From Acidobacteriota bacterium (GTDB taxonomy: Bacteria; Acidobacteriota; UBA6911; RPQK01; JAPXNP01): a stretch of DNA of 64,000 bases. The stretch lies in NCBI GenBank assembly GCA_037388505.1, contig JARRKC010000013.1:9999-73998 (forward strand), in the 5' to 3' direction. Within the stretch, counting starts at the first letter, position 1. Each line of letters begins with the position of its first letter. Positions 38,263 to 47,881 of the stretch are shown here, one piece after another. The translations under genes and the position numbers were made by a program. Below the pieces are notes generated by a model that was given only the letters and a program-made list of their open reading frames with translations, ran no database searches and was not told the origin of the DNA.

Positions 38263-39417
38263 ATGATCCTCCTCCGAGTACTCGTCTGCCTGGGGTTTCT
38301 CCTCTCTCCTTCTCTGACCGCAAACAACGAACTACCGCCGCTGAAAGTCACGGCCTGGCTCCAGGCGCCGTCAGGCTTCAGCGGAGAGTGGAGCACACTG
38401 CGCGGCAAGGTCGTCGTCGTGGAGTTCTGGGCCACCTGGTGCTCCCCCTGCGTTTCCGCCCTGCCTCACTTGAACCAGTTGGCCGAGGAGTTTCAGAACG
38501 AAGATGTCCTGTTTCTCGCGATATCCGAAGACGACCCGAAACGTCTGGAGGGATTTCTGGCGGGTCAATCCGTTCGTGCCATTATCGGAATCGATGCCGA
38601 CCGCAAGACCTGGAAGGCCTTCGATGTCCCGTCGATCCCGCATACCGTCATCATCGACGCGAAGGGACGGCTGATCGGTGCGACAACACCGGAGCAGCTT
38701 TCAGCGGAACGCCTCCGGAGGGTCCTCGCCGGGGAAACCGCAAAGTTTCCGCCGAAGGAGGGAATACGCTGTGATCTCCAGTGGGACGAGGATTCCATCG
38801 AGTGGCAAGATGGTGTTCGACCGACGACCTACGCGATCATCAAGCCGATCAAAACCACCATGGGTGGCTATCTGCCTCAACCGGGCCACCTGACCGCGGA
38901 TGGAGTCCCTCTCAGGACTCTCGTTCAGATCGCGTATCAGACCGATCCCTTCCACATCGAATGGAACCTGCCCAGGGACGACCGGACCTACCGGGCTGCC
39001 TTTCGCGTTCCGTCAGGGCGGGAGCAGCGGCTCTTCCCCCTCATTCGGCAGACACTCGCGGATGCCTTCGGCTTCCGCGCACGCTGGGAGGAACGCCTGC
39101 ACGAGGTTCGTGTGTTGCGTCGCATCGAAGGAGGTTCGATCGTGCCCGAGTCCCGGGCCGATGAGGATCTGGTCCAGGTGATGAAAGGTCGGATTACTTT
39201 ACGCCGCCAACCTGTCAGCAGGCTCTGCCAGATTCTCACGCAGCATGGATTGGGGGCTATCGTCATCGACGAGACGGGAATGAACGGACTCTACGATTTC
39301 GATCTTCCCTACCAGCCGGGCCAACCCGAAGTGACGCTTGGGGCCCTCAATGAAGTTGGTCTCGAGGCGGTCGATGCTCGCCGCACGATTCGCATCCTCG
39401 TGGTCGATCGGCAGTAG
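38263..39417 (+). CDS. Secreted TlpA/ResA-like thioredoxin (WCSPC) fused to TIGR03435-like (Acidobacteria-specific) C-terminal domain
   Basis: Signal peptide; EFWATWCSPCVSALP CxxC; C-terminal region ending …GALNEVGLEAVDARRTIRILVVDRQ resembles the TIGR03435 ending (…GLKLE…VLVID…). Confidence 0.65.
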   Translation: MILLRVLVCLGFLLSPSLTANNELPPLKVTAWLQAPSGFSGEWSTLRGKVVVVEFWATWCSPCVSALPHLNQLAEEFQNEDVLFLAISEDDPKRLEGFLAGQSVRAIIGIDADRKTWKAFDVPSIPHTVIIDAKGRLIGATTPEQLSAERLRRVLAGETAKFPPKEGIRCDLQWDEDSIEWQDGVRPTTYAIIKPIKTTMGGYLPQPGHLTADGVPLRTLVQIAYQTDPFHIEWNLPRDDRTYRAAFRVPSGREQRLFPLIRQTLADAFGFRARWEERLHEVRVLRRIEGGSIVPESRADEDLVQVMKGRITLRRQPVSRLCQILTQHGLGAIVIDETGMNGLYDFDLPYQPGQPEVTLGALNEVGLEAVDARRTIRILVVDRQ

Positions 39418-39586
39418 GAAGATGTCCGCCACAGACCGGGACGACAGGTCAGGAAGTCGGCGACAGTGCGAGGGCTCGCGCACCGAAGGTGCACGGACAA
39501 CGGAACGCGCAATTTGCGGATCTGTGGATGAACGGACCCCTTGGGCGGCTCGACGCAAGCCTGCCCGGAGAATCGTTCTCGAAAGG

Positions 39587-40528
39587 TCATGTACTGAGTT
39601 CCAACTGTGCGCTGACACAGCTCTCGACCATGCCGAGAGAGTGATTGACGCGCTCCGGGCGCCCCCAGTCGCTCCACAGGATCCCTGTCAGCGGCATGAC
39701 CAGGCAGTGCCGGGCGGCCCGATTCAGGAGTGCATAAGAGAGGTTCGTCCTGGGCAGGAGGGCATAGAGATTCAAGAGAGCCTGGCATTGGTAGGCGGCG
39801 GAGCAACCCGAAAGAAACGGCAGTTGTTTCACGAACAACTCGAACAATCGGTGGACTTCGGGCATATAGACGCTCGCCAGCGACCACAGTTTTCGGATCC
39901 GACAACTGATGATGAGCGTGTTCCAGAGGCAGTGTCGAGCATAGAGCAGCTCTGCCATCTCCTGGGTGGGTTTCTCGCAGAAGGTCAGGACCTTTCGGGG
40001 GACATCCTCGACGAGCTCACTCCATCCATCCAGCGGTTCCCCGGGCTGAATCCAGCCATAATCGCTCTCCGGCCGGTTGGGTTGTGCTCCCAAGAGGACC
40101 AGATAGTCGGGATTCGCCCTGACGATTTCCGCGGCGCGTCTCATCTGGAGGTTGAACAAGTCATCCGGCGAGATGAAATGATCAGCTGGGAACACGTGAA
40201 TCAGGGCGTCCGGATCCCGGGCGAGGATGTGCGCTGCCGGGAGAAGAAGCCCCGGACCCGTGTCACGGGACACGGGTTGTTCGAGGATCGTTCCCGGGAG
40301 CCGGTCGGGACCCAGGAAAACGCGATGACGTTTCCGGATGACGGTAACGACGTGTTCGGGCTCGACCAGCTGGCAAGCGCGATCAATCGTGTGCTCGAGC
40401 ATGGTCCGGTTTCCGTAGAACTTGCAGTACTGCTTGGGATAGGGATGCCCGAATTGGTCGCGGATCCAATGGCGCATCCTCTTTCCCTCACCTCCAGCCA
40501 ACACGATCGCCCAGTCCGACATCGTCAT
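39587..40528 (-). CDS. Sugar-phosphate nucleotidyltransferase (mannose-1-phosphate guanylyltransferase-like)
   Basis: N-terminal AIVLAGGEGKRM nucleotide-binding motif. Confidence 0.65.
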   Translation of the reverse strand: MTMSDWAIVLAGGEGKRMRHWIRDQFGHPYPKQYCKFYGNRTMLEHTIDRACQLVEPEHVVTVIRKRHRVFLGPDRLPGTILEQPVSRDTGPGLLLPAAHILARDPDALIHVFPADHFISPDDLFNLQMRRAAEIVRANPDYLVLLGAQPNRPESDYGWIQPGEPLDGWSELVEDVPRKVLTFCEKPTQEMAELLYARHCLWNTLIISCRIRKLWSLASVYMPEVHRLFELFVKQLPFLSGCSAAYQCQALLNLYALLPRTNLSYALLNRAARHCLVMPLTGILWSDWGRPERVNHSLGMVESCVSAQLELST

Positions 40529-41066
40529 TTCTCCTTGATCTTTGAAACCCGGAGCAGGTGGATTCGCTCGGTCGAGCTTCGATTCACCGAACCCGTTATC
40601 GAATAGTGAAAGGAGAGACTCCCTGTGACAATCGGGAGAGCTGGCACTACGACATAGGGAAATCCAGTAGATTTTCGCGTCGGCGGTTGAGCCGTACCAA
40701 ATTCGATCTTCCGATGAGAATCGGAAGGACCATGATTCAGGGCAACGGAAGAGCGCTGCTCAGTGGCTCCAGATTCGATTGATCATTGTGCGGAGAATCA
40801 CCTATCAATGACGGCTTTTCTACATTCCATCGCTCCATGGGGCCCCCAGATTGCCGCGCTCCTCTCCAGCGCGGATTTCGGGGACTCTGGAGGGAGGACC
40901 GAGACGTCCCACGTCTTCAGGAGCTGAACGTTACGAATCCCTTCACCGACTCAACCGGCGCCCTGAGGGGGGCGCACGTCTTCGCGCATTCGAGTAGAGG
41001 CTCCTGGGTGCATCGGGAATGACATGACCTGCGGTCGCAGCTGAGACATCCTTCGACAGTTTCTTA

Positions 41067-41095
41067 TTGACAATCAATAGAGACCAGGCTATCTT
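41067..41095 (+). promoter_or_regulatory. Predicted sigma70-type promoter of the padR-ADOP operon (TTGACA-N17-TATCTT)
   Basis: TTGACA 41067-41072, 17-nt spacer, TATCTT 41090-41095; 25 nt further on, the AGAGGAAG SD and ATG 41121. Confidence 0.4.
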
Positions 41096-41120
41096 CCTAC
41101 AGAACTACAAGAGGAAGTGA

Positions 41121-41450
41121 ATGGCAGAAGATCGCATGAATTTGCTTCAGGGAACCCTCGATCTGCTCGTGCTCCAAACGTTGTACGCGATGGGCCCGAT
41201 GCATGGCTGGGGCATCGCGCGACGGCTGGAGCAGGTGGCCGACGAGCGAATCCGGATCAACTACGGGACGATGTATCCGGCCCTGGTTCGGCTGGAGCAG
41301 AGAGGGTGGATCCGAGCCGAGTGGGGCGCGTCGGAAAACAACCGCCGGGCCAAGTTCTACGCCTTGACGAAGGTCGGACGAGAGCGATTGGAGAGCGAAA
41401 AGAGAGACTGGCACGCGATGGCCGCCATCGTCGACAAGGTTCTGGAGTAG
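41121..41450 (+). CDS. PadR-family transcriptional regulator (Acidobacteria PadR/ADOP-associated type)
   Basis: Winged-helix PadR motifs (LLQGTLDLLVLQTL…HGWGIARRL…NYGTMYPALVRLEQRGWI). Confidence 0.85.
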   Translation: MAEDRMNLLQGTLDLLVLQTLYAMGPMHGWGIARRLEQVADERIRINYGTMYPALVRLEQRGWIRAEWGASENNRRAKFYALTKVGRERLESEKRDWHAMAAIVDKVLE

Positions 41451-41585
41451 GACAACCTTCCAGGTTGTCCAGCTGCCGGGGTCGCGGCCACCGGGAAAGC
41501 TGAACGGCGCATCGAGACAGGAGCGTCCGTGGCGGCGTCGAGGAATCGTTCATTAGGGGCAGGGAGACAACCGGGGACGGTTGTC
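41450..41585 (+). promoter_or_regulatory. Two hairpins sharing one stem sequence (GGACAACC…GGTTGTCC) in the padR-permease intergenic region
   Basis: Hairpin 1 at 41450-41470 (9-bp stem, loop TCC) starts at the padR stop. Hairpin 2 at 41566-41585 (GACAACC-GGGGAC-GGTTGTC) ends 23 nt before the permease ATG. Confidence 0.3.
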
Positions 41586-41608
41586 CTACGTTGTCGGGAA
41601 AGTTCGAA

Positions 41609-44263
41609 ATGGGAGTCTTCTGGAATCGGCTTCGCAGTCTGTTGCGCAATGGAAGACTGGACGGCGAGCTGGACGAAGAGCTCGAGTTTGTTTTTCAGAT
41701 GGAGGTCGACGCCAACCTCGAGCGTGGCCTGAGCCCGGAAGAAGCAAGGCGGCAAGCACGGATCACCCTGGGGAGTCTCGAATCGATCAAGGAGGCCCAT
41801 CGTGACGCCCGGGGCATCCCCTGGCTCGACAACCTCCGCCGGGACACGATTCAGGCTGTCCGCTCCTATCGTCGAACCCCTTTGTTCACCGGCGTCGTCC
41901 TGATCACCCTGGCTGTGGGAATCGGCTTCTCCACCTTCGTGTTCAGCCTGATGGATGGGATTCTGTTGAAGCCCCTGCCCTATCCGCACGCCGAGAAGAT
42001 CGTCAGGCTCTTCCGAAATGTCGAAAGTCCCTTCTATCTGCGGGAATTCGCCTCCTCTCTCTATCTCGAGGACCGCGCGAACCAACCGGACAGTATCGAA
42101 GCCGTCGCGACCTTCCGACAATCCGGATTCAACATGGCCGGATCCGGCGAGCCACTTCGGGTCTCAGGAGCCTGGGCTACGCCTTCGTTCTTCAACGTGC
42201 TGGGGATCCCTCCTTATTTGGGAAGGACCTTCTCGCGGGACGATGTCAAAAGCGGTCGGTCCCTCGCCGTACTGAGCTACGCACTTTGGCAAGGAGCCTT
42301 TTCAGGAGAGCGATCTGCAATTGGGAGGAAGATCCTCCTCGACAACAAGCCATTCGAAATCATCGGCGTGATGCCCGAGGGCGAAGACCTTCTGGACGGC
42401 AGCTCCTACCAGCTTTGGCTGCCCCTGGATCTCAGCGCCCGCCCTCGGATCCGCGACGGCTTTTCGATCGACCAGGCCCAGGCCGAGGTCGATCTGTGGG
42501 CCGCGCGCATGCGCCGTACCTATCCGGGAGTGAAAGAGGAACTCGGACTCCATATCGAGCCCTACTTCGACGACCGATTTGCCGAGGCGGAGACGCACCT
42601 CTGGATCCTCTCATCTGCCGTCGCCTTAGTCCTGCTGCTGACCTGCGTGAACGTCGCGGGCCTCCTGCTTGCCAGGGGTTCGAGGCGAGGCCGGGAAGTC
42701 GCCCTCCGCTCGGCTCTTGGCGCGGGTCGGTCCCGACTGGTCGTGCAATTCCTGACGGAGAGTCTGCTCCTCGCCGTGCCGGCCGGCATCCTGGGGCTGG
42801 GCTTGTCCTATCTTGCGCTGCAGACCATGCGGATGTGGTCTCCCAACGGGCTGCCCCGTCTGGACAACGTTACCCTGGGTTGGTTCGAACTTCTGTTCGC
42901 CGTGACACTGGCCCTGGTTTCCTGCTTGTTGCTGGGCCTGGGTCCGGCGCTGAGAGACTCCCGTGCAAGACCGATGACGGCGTTGAAACAGAGCAACTTG
43001 ACGACCACCGGTGGCAAGAACCGGGGACGATGGAATTCGGTCCTGGTCGCCGGACAGATCGCTCTGGCTCTGATCCTGATGTTGGGAGCCGGCCTCTTTC
43101 TCAAGAGCTACTGGGAACTCTCCCACGTCGAGCTCGGCTTTCAGACCGAGAACGTCCTCACGGCCCGGCTGGATCTCTCTCAGGCGTTCACCTCCGAGGC
43201 GGAACGGGGTTCGTTGTCGCCCATCAACGATCGCCAGCAGGAACGGATCGTGGATTTCACGGGAAGGGTCATGGATGAACTCCTGAGTCTTCCGGGGGTC
43301 GAGTCGGTGGGGGTCGCGGTAGCTCCCCCACTGGGAGACTGGACGATCGGTTTGAGCGGTCTCGAAAGCGAAGACTCCAAAACTGGAGACGTGGGAAGCT
43401 TCACCGCCCGCGCTTCAGCTGTCAGCCCTGGCATCTTCGAGGTGCTGGGACTCCACCTGCTCGAGGGCCGGTTCTTCGATGCCCGCGACACTCGGTCGGG
43501 TGAATCGACACTGATCGTCGATCGGATGGTTGCAGACCGGTTCTGGCCCGACCAGAGCCCGCTCGGAAAGCGCCTGAAGTTCGGTAAACAGTGGCGGCGA
43601 ACGGTTGTCGGAGTCGTCGGGAGCATCCATTCAGCCGGCCCCAGTCGGCCTGCCGATCCGAAGGTTTACTTCCCCTTTGCCCAGTACCCCCTCCTGTCCG
43701 ACGTGACGTTCCTCGAGAAGGGCCGTATCGGCACGCCTCAGTTCGGGCGGGAGATCAAGAGGATCGTCGCCGGTTTAGAGCCGAATCTGCCGGTCTACGG
43801 TGTCGAAACGCTCGACGATCGCCTCGATCTTTGGAACTCGACCGAGAAACTCGTCAGCCTGCTCTTAGCCTTGTTCGCCGTTGTCTCCCTGTTTCTGGCC
43901 GCGGTCGGCCTCTATGGAACACTCGCCTTTCTGGTATCGGAAAGAACTCAGGAGGTCGGCATCCGCATGTCGCTCGGCGCCGATCGCGCCCGGATCTTTC
44001 GGATGATCACCTTCAGGGGCCTGTCCCTTGTTCTCGCGGGCTTCATTCTCGGATCGATCGGGGGTCTGGCCGTCAACTACTTCCTGGCCGGGCTGGTCTC
44101 CTGGGACCCGAACGCTCAGCTGATCTTTCAAGCGAAGGCCCTCGACATCTCCGTCTTCGCAGCCGTCGGCCTGCTCCTCCTCCTGATCGGTTTCCTGGCC
44201 TGCGCGATCCCGGCCCTCCGGGCCGCACGCCTGGACCCCAACCGGGCGCTGCGCTATGAGTGA
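41609..44263 (+). CDS. ADOP-family duplicated FtsX/MacB-like permease (TIGR03434-type)
   Basis: N-terminal …LRSLLRNGRLDGELDEELEFVFQMEVD…LSPEEARRQARITLGS… followed by two FtsX permease halves. ATG 41609 preferred over TTG 41591. Confidence 0.85.
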   Translation: MGVFWNRLRSLLRNGRLDGELDEELEFVFQMEVDANLERGLSPEEARRQARITLGSLESIKEAHRDARGIPWLDNLRRDTIQAVRSYRRTPLFTGVVLITLAVGIGFSTFVFSLMDGILLKPLPYPHAEKIVRLFRNVESPFYLREFASSLYLEDRANQPDSIEAVATFRQSGFNMAGSGEPLRVSGAWATPSFFNVLGIPPYLGRTFSRDDVKSGRSLAVLSYALWQGAFSGERSAIGRKILLDNKPFEIIGVMPEGEDLLDGSSYQLWLPLDLSARPRIRDGFSIDQAQAEVDLWAARMRRTYPGVKEELGLHIEPYFDDRFAEAETHLWILSSAVALVLLLTCVNVAGLLLARGSRRGREVALRSALGAGRSRLVVQFLTESLLLAVPAGILGLGLSYLALQTMRMWSPNGLPRLDNVTLGWFELLFAVTLALVSCLLLGLGPALRDSRARPMTALKQSNLTTTGGKNRGRWNSVLVAGQIALALILMLGAGLFLKSYWELSHVELGFQTENVLTARLDLSQAFTSEAERGSLSPINDRQQERIVDFTGRVMDELLSLPGVESVGVAVAPPLGDWTIGLSGLESEDSKTGDVGSFTARASAVSPGIFEVLGLHLLEGRFFDARDTRSGESTLIVDRMVADRFWPDQSPLGKRLKFGKQWRRTVVGVVGSIHSAGPSRPADPKVYFPFAQYPLLSDVTFLEKGRIGTPQFGREIKRIVAGLEPNLPVYGVETLDDRLDLWNSTEKLVSLLLALFAVVSLFLAAVGLYGTLAFLVSERTQEVGIRMSLGADRARIFRMITFRGLSLVLAGFILGSIGGLAVNYFLAGLVSWDPNAQLIFQAKALDISVFAAVGLLLLLIGFLACAIPALRAARLDPNRALRYE

Positions 44264-44784
44264 GAAGCAACGTCCAGGTTGGCGGCCTGTTGAGTCGGAC
44301 GGGCTGCGCCACCCGACGAGCTTGGAGGTATGGATTCGTCGCTCAACCAGGAAATCGCAGTCATCATCCGAACGGCCTTTGCGGAGAATTGCGTCGAAGG
44401 GAACACGTCGATGTCTGGGCAGGGCCGCCTACTTCATGGCCTACAACTATTTCCTCCGCGGGCTGGCCTCTTCCGCCCGCTTCTGGGTGGATCGGGCCCT
44501 GGAGCTCACGCCCACCCTCGAAGGGGCCCACTACCTGTCCGGAGTCCTCTATTTCGGAGAGCATGATCTTGCGAGGGCAGCCGAAGAACTCCGGCAGGTC
44601 GTGGAACCGGGGACGACGATCTGCGACGCATACTTCAAGATCGGCTGAACGCGATCCCGGTCGACGAATAGGCAACGGCCATCCCGCCTCGTTGAACCTG
44701 TCTCGGTTCGCGCCGTCGGACCCACTCGATTGACAACGAGGGCAGCCGATTCTAGAGTCGCCTTAAGGTGGGAAGGAGGCAGCT

Positions 44785-47283
44785 TTGGCAGTTCCTGGTC
44801 AGATCATCTCCGGTGACGAGGCGAAGGAGAGAAGCGCGGACGATCTCTTTACTCAGCTGAAAAGCAGTCGCCAAGGTTTGACGACTTCCGAGGCTGAGCA
44901 GCGTCTGGCCCAGTACGGCCCCAATGCCCTGGAAGAGGAAAAGGTCAATCCCATTCTGAAATTCCTGGGTTACTTCTGGGGACCCATTCCGTGGATGATC
45001 GAGGTCGCAGCCATCCTTTCGGCCGTCGTCCGCCACTGGACCGATCTGATCATCATTCTCGTCCTGCTGCTGTTCAACGCACTGGTGGGTTTCTGGCAGG
45101 AGTACAAGGCAGCCAACGCCCTCGATGCTTTGAAGAAGCAGCTGGCTCTCAAGGCCCGGGTCTTGCGGGACGGCAAGTGGCAGGACATCTCGGCCCAGGC
45201 ATTGGTCCCGGGAGACATCATCCGTCTCCGTCTGGGAGGAATCATTCCGGCCGACGTGAAGCTGATCGAAGGTGACTACCTCAGTGTCGACCAGTCTGCC
45301 TTGACCGGAGAATCGTTGCCCGTCAGCAAGGAGGCCGGAGACATCGCTTACTCCGGATCGGTAGCGAAGCAGGGAGAAATGGTGGCCCTGGTCACCGGCA
45401 CGGGGACCGACACTTACTTTGGCCGTACGGCCAAGCTGGTCCAGACGGCCGGAGCTGCTTCACACTTCCAGAAGGCCGTTCTGCAAATCGGAGACTACCT
45501 GATCTTCCTGTGCATCGGGTTGGTCATCATCCTCATTCTGGTGCAGCTGGCACGCGGTGACCAGATTCTCACCCTGGTGCAGTTCGCCCTAATTCTTACG
45601 GTAGCCTCCATCCCCGTGGCCCTGCCAGCCGTGCTCTCCGTGACCATGGCGGTGGGGGCGCTGGCCCTGTCCCGGATGAAGGCCATCGTCACCCACCTTC
45701 AATCCATCGAGGAGATGGCCGGCATCGATATTCTGTGCTCCGACAAGACGGGCACTCTGACTCAGAACAAGCTGACCCTTGGAGATCCCATTACCTTCGC
45801 CGCCAAAGATCCTCAGGAGTTGATCCTTTACGGGGCGTTGGCCTCCAAGGAAGAGGATGAAGATCCGATCGATCTGGCGGTTTTGGGCGGTGTGCAGGAC
45901 AAGGAGAAGCTGCAGTCCTATTCGCTCGTGAATTTCGTGCCTTTTGATCCGGTCCACAAGAAGACCGAGAGCACGGTCAAGGACTCAAAAGACAGAACAC
46001 TCAAAGCCGCCAAGGGTGCTCCTCAGGTGATCATGGAACTGTGTCGCCTTGATGGGGACACGCTTGCCCGTGCTCAGAAGAAAGTGGAAGAGCTGGCAGG
46101 CAAAGGTTACCGCACCCTTGGAGTAGCCCGCTCCTCGAATGGCGACTCATGGGAATTCCTGGGCATCCTGCCGCTGCTGGACCCGCCCAGGGAGGACTCG
46201 GCGGCTACCATCAAGGACGCCGAGAAGCATGGCATCGAGATCAAGATGGTCACCGGTGACGACGTGGCCATCGGTCGCGAAATCGCAAGGAAGATTGGAC
46301 TGGGCGACGCTATTCAGCCCGCCACGGAGCTTTTCAAGAAGGACACCGATGTCGACAACCTGAGCTCGAAGGCCATCAGTGAAATCGAGAAGGCCGAGGG
46401 CTACGCCCGGGTATTTCCGGAACACAAGTACAGCATCGTCCGCGCTCTGCAGTCGAGGGGACACTTCGTCGCCATGACCGGCGACGGAGTGAACGACGCT
46501 CCGGCGATCAAACAGGCCGATGTCGGCATCGCGGTCAGCGGAGCCACCGACGCGGCCCGCAGCGCGGCGGCGCTGGTTCTCACCGCCCCCGGCCTTTCGG
46601 TGATCGTCAGCGCGGTCGAGGAGGCACGCCGGATCTTCGAGCGGATGAACAGTTATGCCATCTACCGCATTGTCGAGACGATTCGGATCATGTTCTTCGT
46701 GGTGTTGGCCATCGTCTTCTTCAATTTCTATCCGATCACGGCGATCATGATCATCCTGCTGGCCTTCTTTAACGACGTTCCCATCATGACCATCGCGTTC
46801 GACAACACCCGGGTCGACCCCAATCCGGTGAAGTGGAATATGCACCGGGTTCTGACGATCTCCACGGCGCTGGGCCTGACGGGAGTCGCGGGAAGCTTCC
46901 TGATGTTGATCGTCGCCAGGAACTGGCTCAATCTGGACATTCGAGAGATCCAGACCTTTGTCTTTCTGAAAATGGCGGTGGCCGGCCATCTGACGCTCTT
47001 CGTAACCCGAACCACCCGCAAGTTTTGGCAAAAGCCCTATCCCGCACCCATCCTTCTCTGGTCGGCCGTAGTCACGAAGATTTTGGCGACCTTTTTCGTG
47101 GTCTACCCCTTCGGCCTGATTACCCCAATCCATTGGAGGAGTGTGGGCGTCATTTGGGGCTACTGCATTGCCTGGCTCTTCATGGGTGACTTCGTCAAAC
47201 TGGCCGTGCTGAGACACCTGGAGATGAGCGGCTCGAGACATACCGGTTTCCTGCGGTTCGTGAAGAAGTGGGTTCACCCGTAG
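44785..47283 (+). CDS. P-type ATPase, type IIIA (plasma-membrane H+-ATPase-like)
   Basis: TGESLPV…, phosphorylation site CSDKTGTLTQN, TGDGVNDAPA. TTG start with GGAAGGAGG SD. Confidence 0.8.
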   Translation: MAVPGQIISGDEAKERSADDLFTQLKSSRQGLTTSEAEQRLAQYGPNALEEEKVNPILKFLGYFWGPIPWMIEVAAILSAVVRHWTDLIIILVLLLFNALVGFWQEYKAANALDALKKQLALKARVLRDGKWQDISAQALVPGDIIRLRLGGIIPADVKLIEGDYLSVDQSALTGESLPVSKEAGDIAYSGSVAKQGEMVALVTGTGTDTYFGRTAKLVQTAGAASHFQKAVLQIGDYLIFLCIGLVIILILVQLARGDQILTLVQFALILTVASIPVALPAVLSVTMAVGALALSRMKAIVTHLQSIEEMAGIDILCSDKTGTLTQNKLTLGDPITFAAKDPQELILYGALASKEEDEDPIDLAVLGGVQDKEKLQSYSLVNFVPFDPVHKKTESTVKDSKDRTLKAAKGAPQVIMELCRLDGDTLARAQKKVEELAGKGYRTLGVARSSNGDSWEFLGILPLLDPPREDSAATIKDAEKHGIEIKMVTGDDVAIGREIARKIGLGDAIQPATELFKKDTDVDNLSSKAISEIEKAEGYARVFPEHKYSIVRALQSRGHFVAMTGDGVNDAPAIKQADVGIAVSGATDAARSAAALVLTAPGLSVIVSAVEEARRIFERMNSYAIYRIVETIRIMFFVVLAIVFFNFYPITAIMIILLAFFNDVPIMTIAFDNTRVDPNPVKWNMHRVLTISTALGLTGVAGSFLMLIVARNWLNLDIREIQTFVFLKMAVAGHLTLFVTRTTRKFWQKPYPAPILLWSAVVTKILATFFVVYPFGLITPIHWRSVGVIWGYCIAWLFMGDFVKLAVLRHLEMSGSRHTGFLRFVKKWVHP

Positions 47284-47450
47284 GCGAAACTGACCCAGTA
47301 TCCCGAGTCGGAAATCCGCGTGCACCTGCCGCTTTTCGATTCGCCGCCGGGCCAGGGCTTCCAGGCGGTTCATGGAAGTTCAGACTACGGTCGCCGGAAC
47401 AGGGTGTCAATCTCGGAGTGGAACACGGATCTCCTCCGCGCAAATTCGGC

Positions 47451-47498
47451 CTTGACTCCGTTACACATGTCACTTAAGCTTCCGTTACACGGGTAACG
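47451..47498 (+). promoter_or_regulatory. Putative blaI promoter with TACA/TGTA-type operators (TTGACT-N17-TAAGCT; palindrome CGTTACAC-GGGTAACG)
   Basis: -35 TTGACT 47451-47456, -10 TAAGCT. ACATGT-centred half-site in the spacer. Perfect 6+6 inverted repeat CGTTAC…GTAACG at 47483-47498, 5 nt before the blaI ATG. Confidence 0.4.
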
Positions 47499-47503
47499 CC
47501 AAG

Positions 47504-47881
47504 ATGAGACTCTCCGCTACGGAATGGACGGTCATGAACGTGGTCTGGGAGGAGCAGCCGGTCTCTTCGCGAGACGTACATGACCGGGTCGCGGACGGAA
47601 CGGGTTGGGCTTTCGACACGGTCCGAACGATTCTGAACCGCCTGGCGAAGAAGGGCGCCCTGAAATCCGAGGTGCGAGGCGGTACGGCTTATTTCACATC
47701 TCTTCTGAGCCGGGAAGAAGCCCGTCAGTCGGCGCTCTCCTGGATCGCCGAGAAGGCCTTCGGTGGTGCCCGGGAGGCCATGATGCAGTTTCTGGTCAGC
47801 CGCCACGATCTATCCCCGGCAGAGCGGGAGACCCTGCAAAAGCTTCTGGCCGAGTTGGACAACGAGGAGTCGGAACCATGA
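47504..47881 (+). CDS. BlaI/MecI/CopY-family transcriptional repressor
   Basis: Penicillinase-repressor winged-helix N-terminus MRLSATEWTVMNVVWEEQPVSSRDVH…TVRTILNRLAKKGAL. Confidence 0.85.
   Translation: MRLSATEWTVMNVVWEEQPVSSRDVHDRVADGTGWAFDTVRTILNRLAKKGALKSEVRGGTAYFTSLLSREEARQSALSWIAEKAFGGAREAMMQFLVSRHDLSPAERETLQKLLAELDNEESEP

Noticed and set aside
39338-40606. 422-aa plus-strand ORF opposite the nucleotidyltransferase gene
   Set aside because: No motifs; the minus-strand product begins with the classic AIVLAGGEGKRM NTP-binding loop.
44256-44648. 130-aa ORF between the ADOP permease and the P-type ATPase (possible 70-aa TPR-like peptide from ATG 44436)
   Set aside because: It overlaps the permease stop and has no RBS; only a single TPR-like helix pair is visible. 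Too weak to list as a gene.
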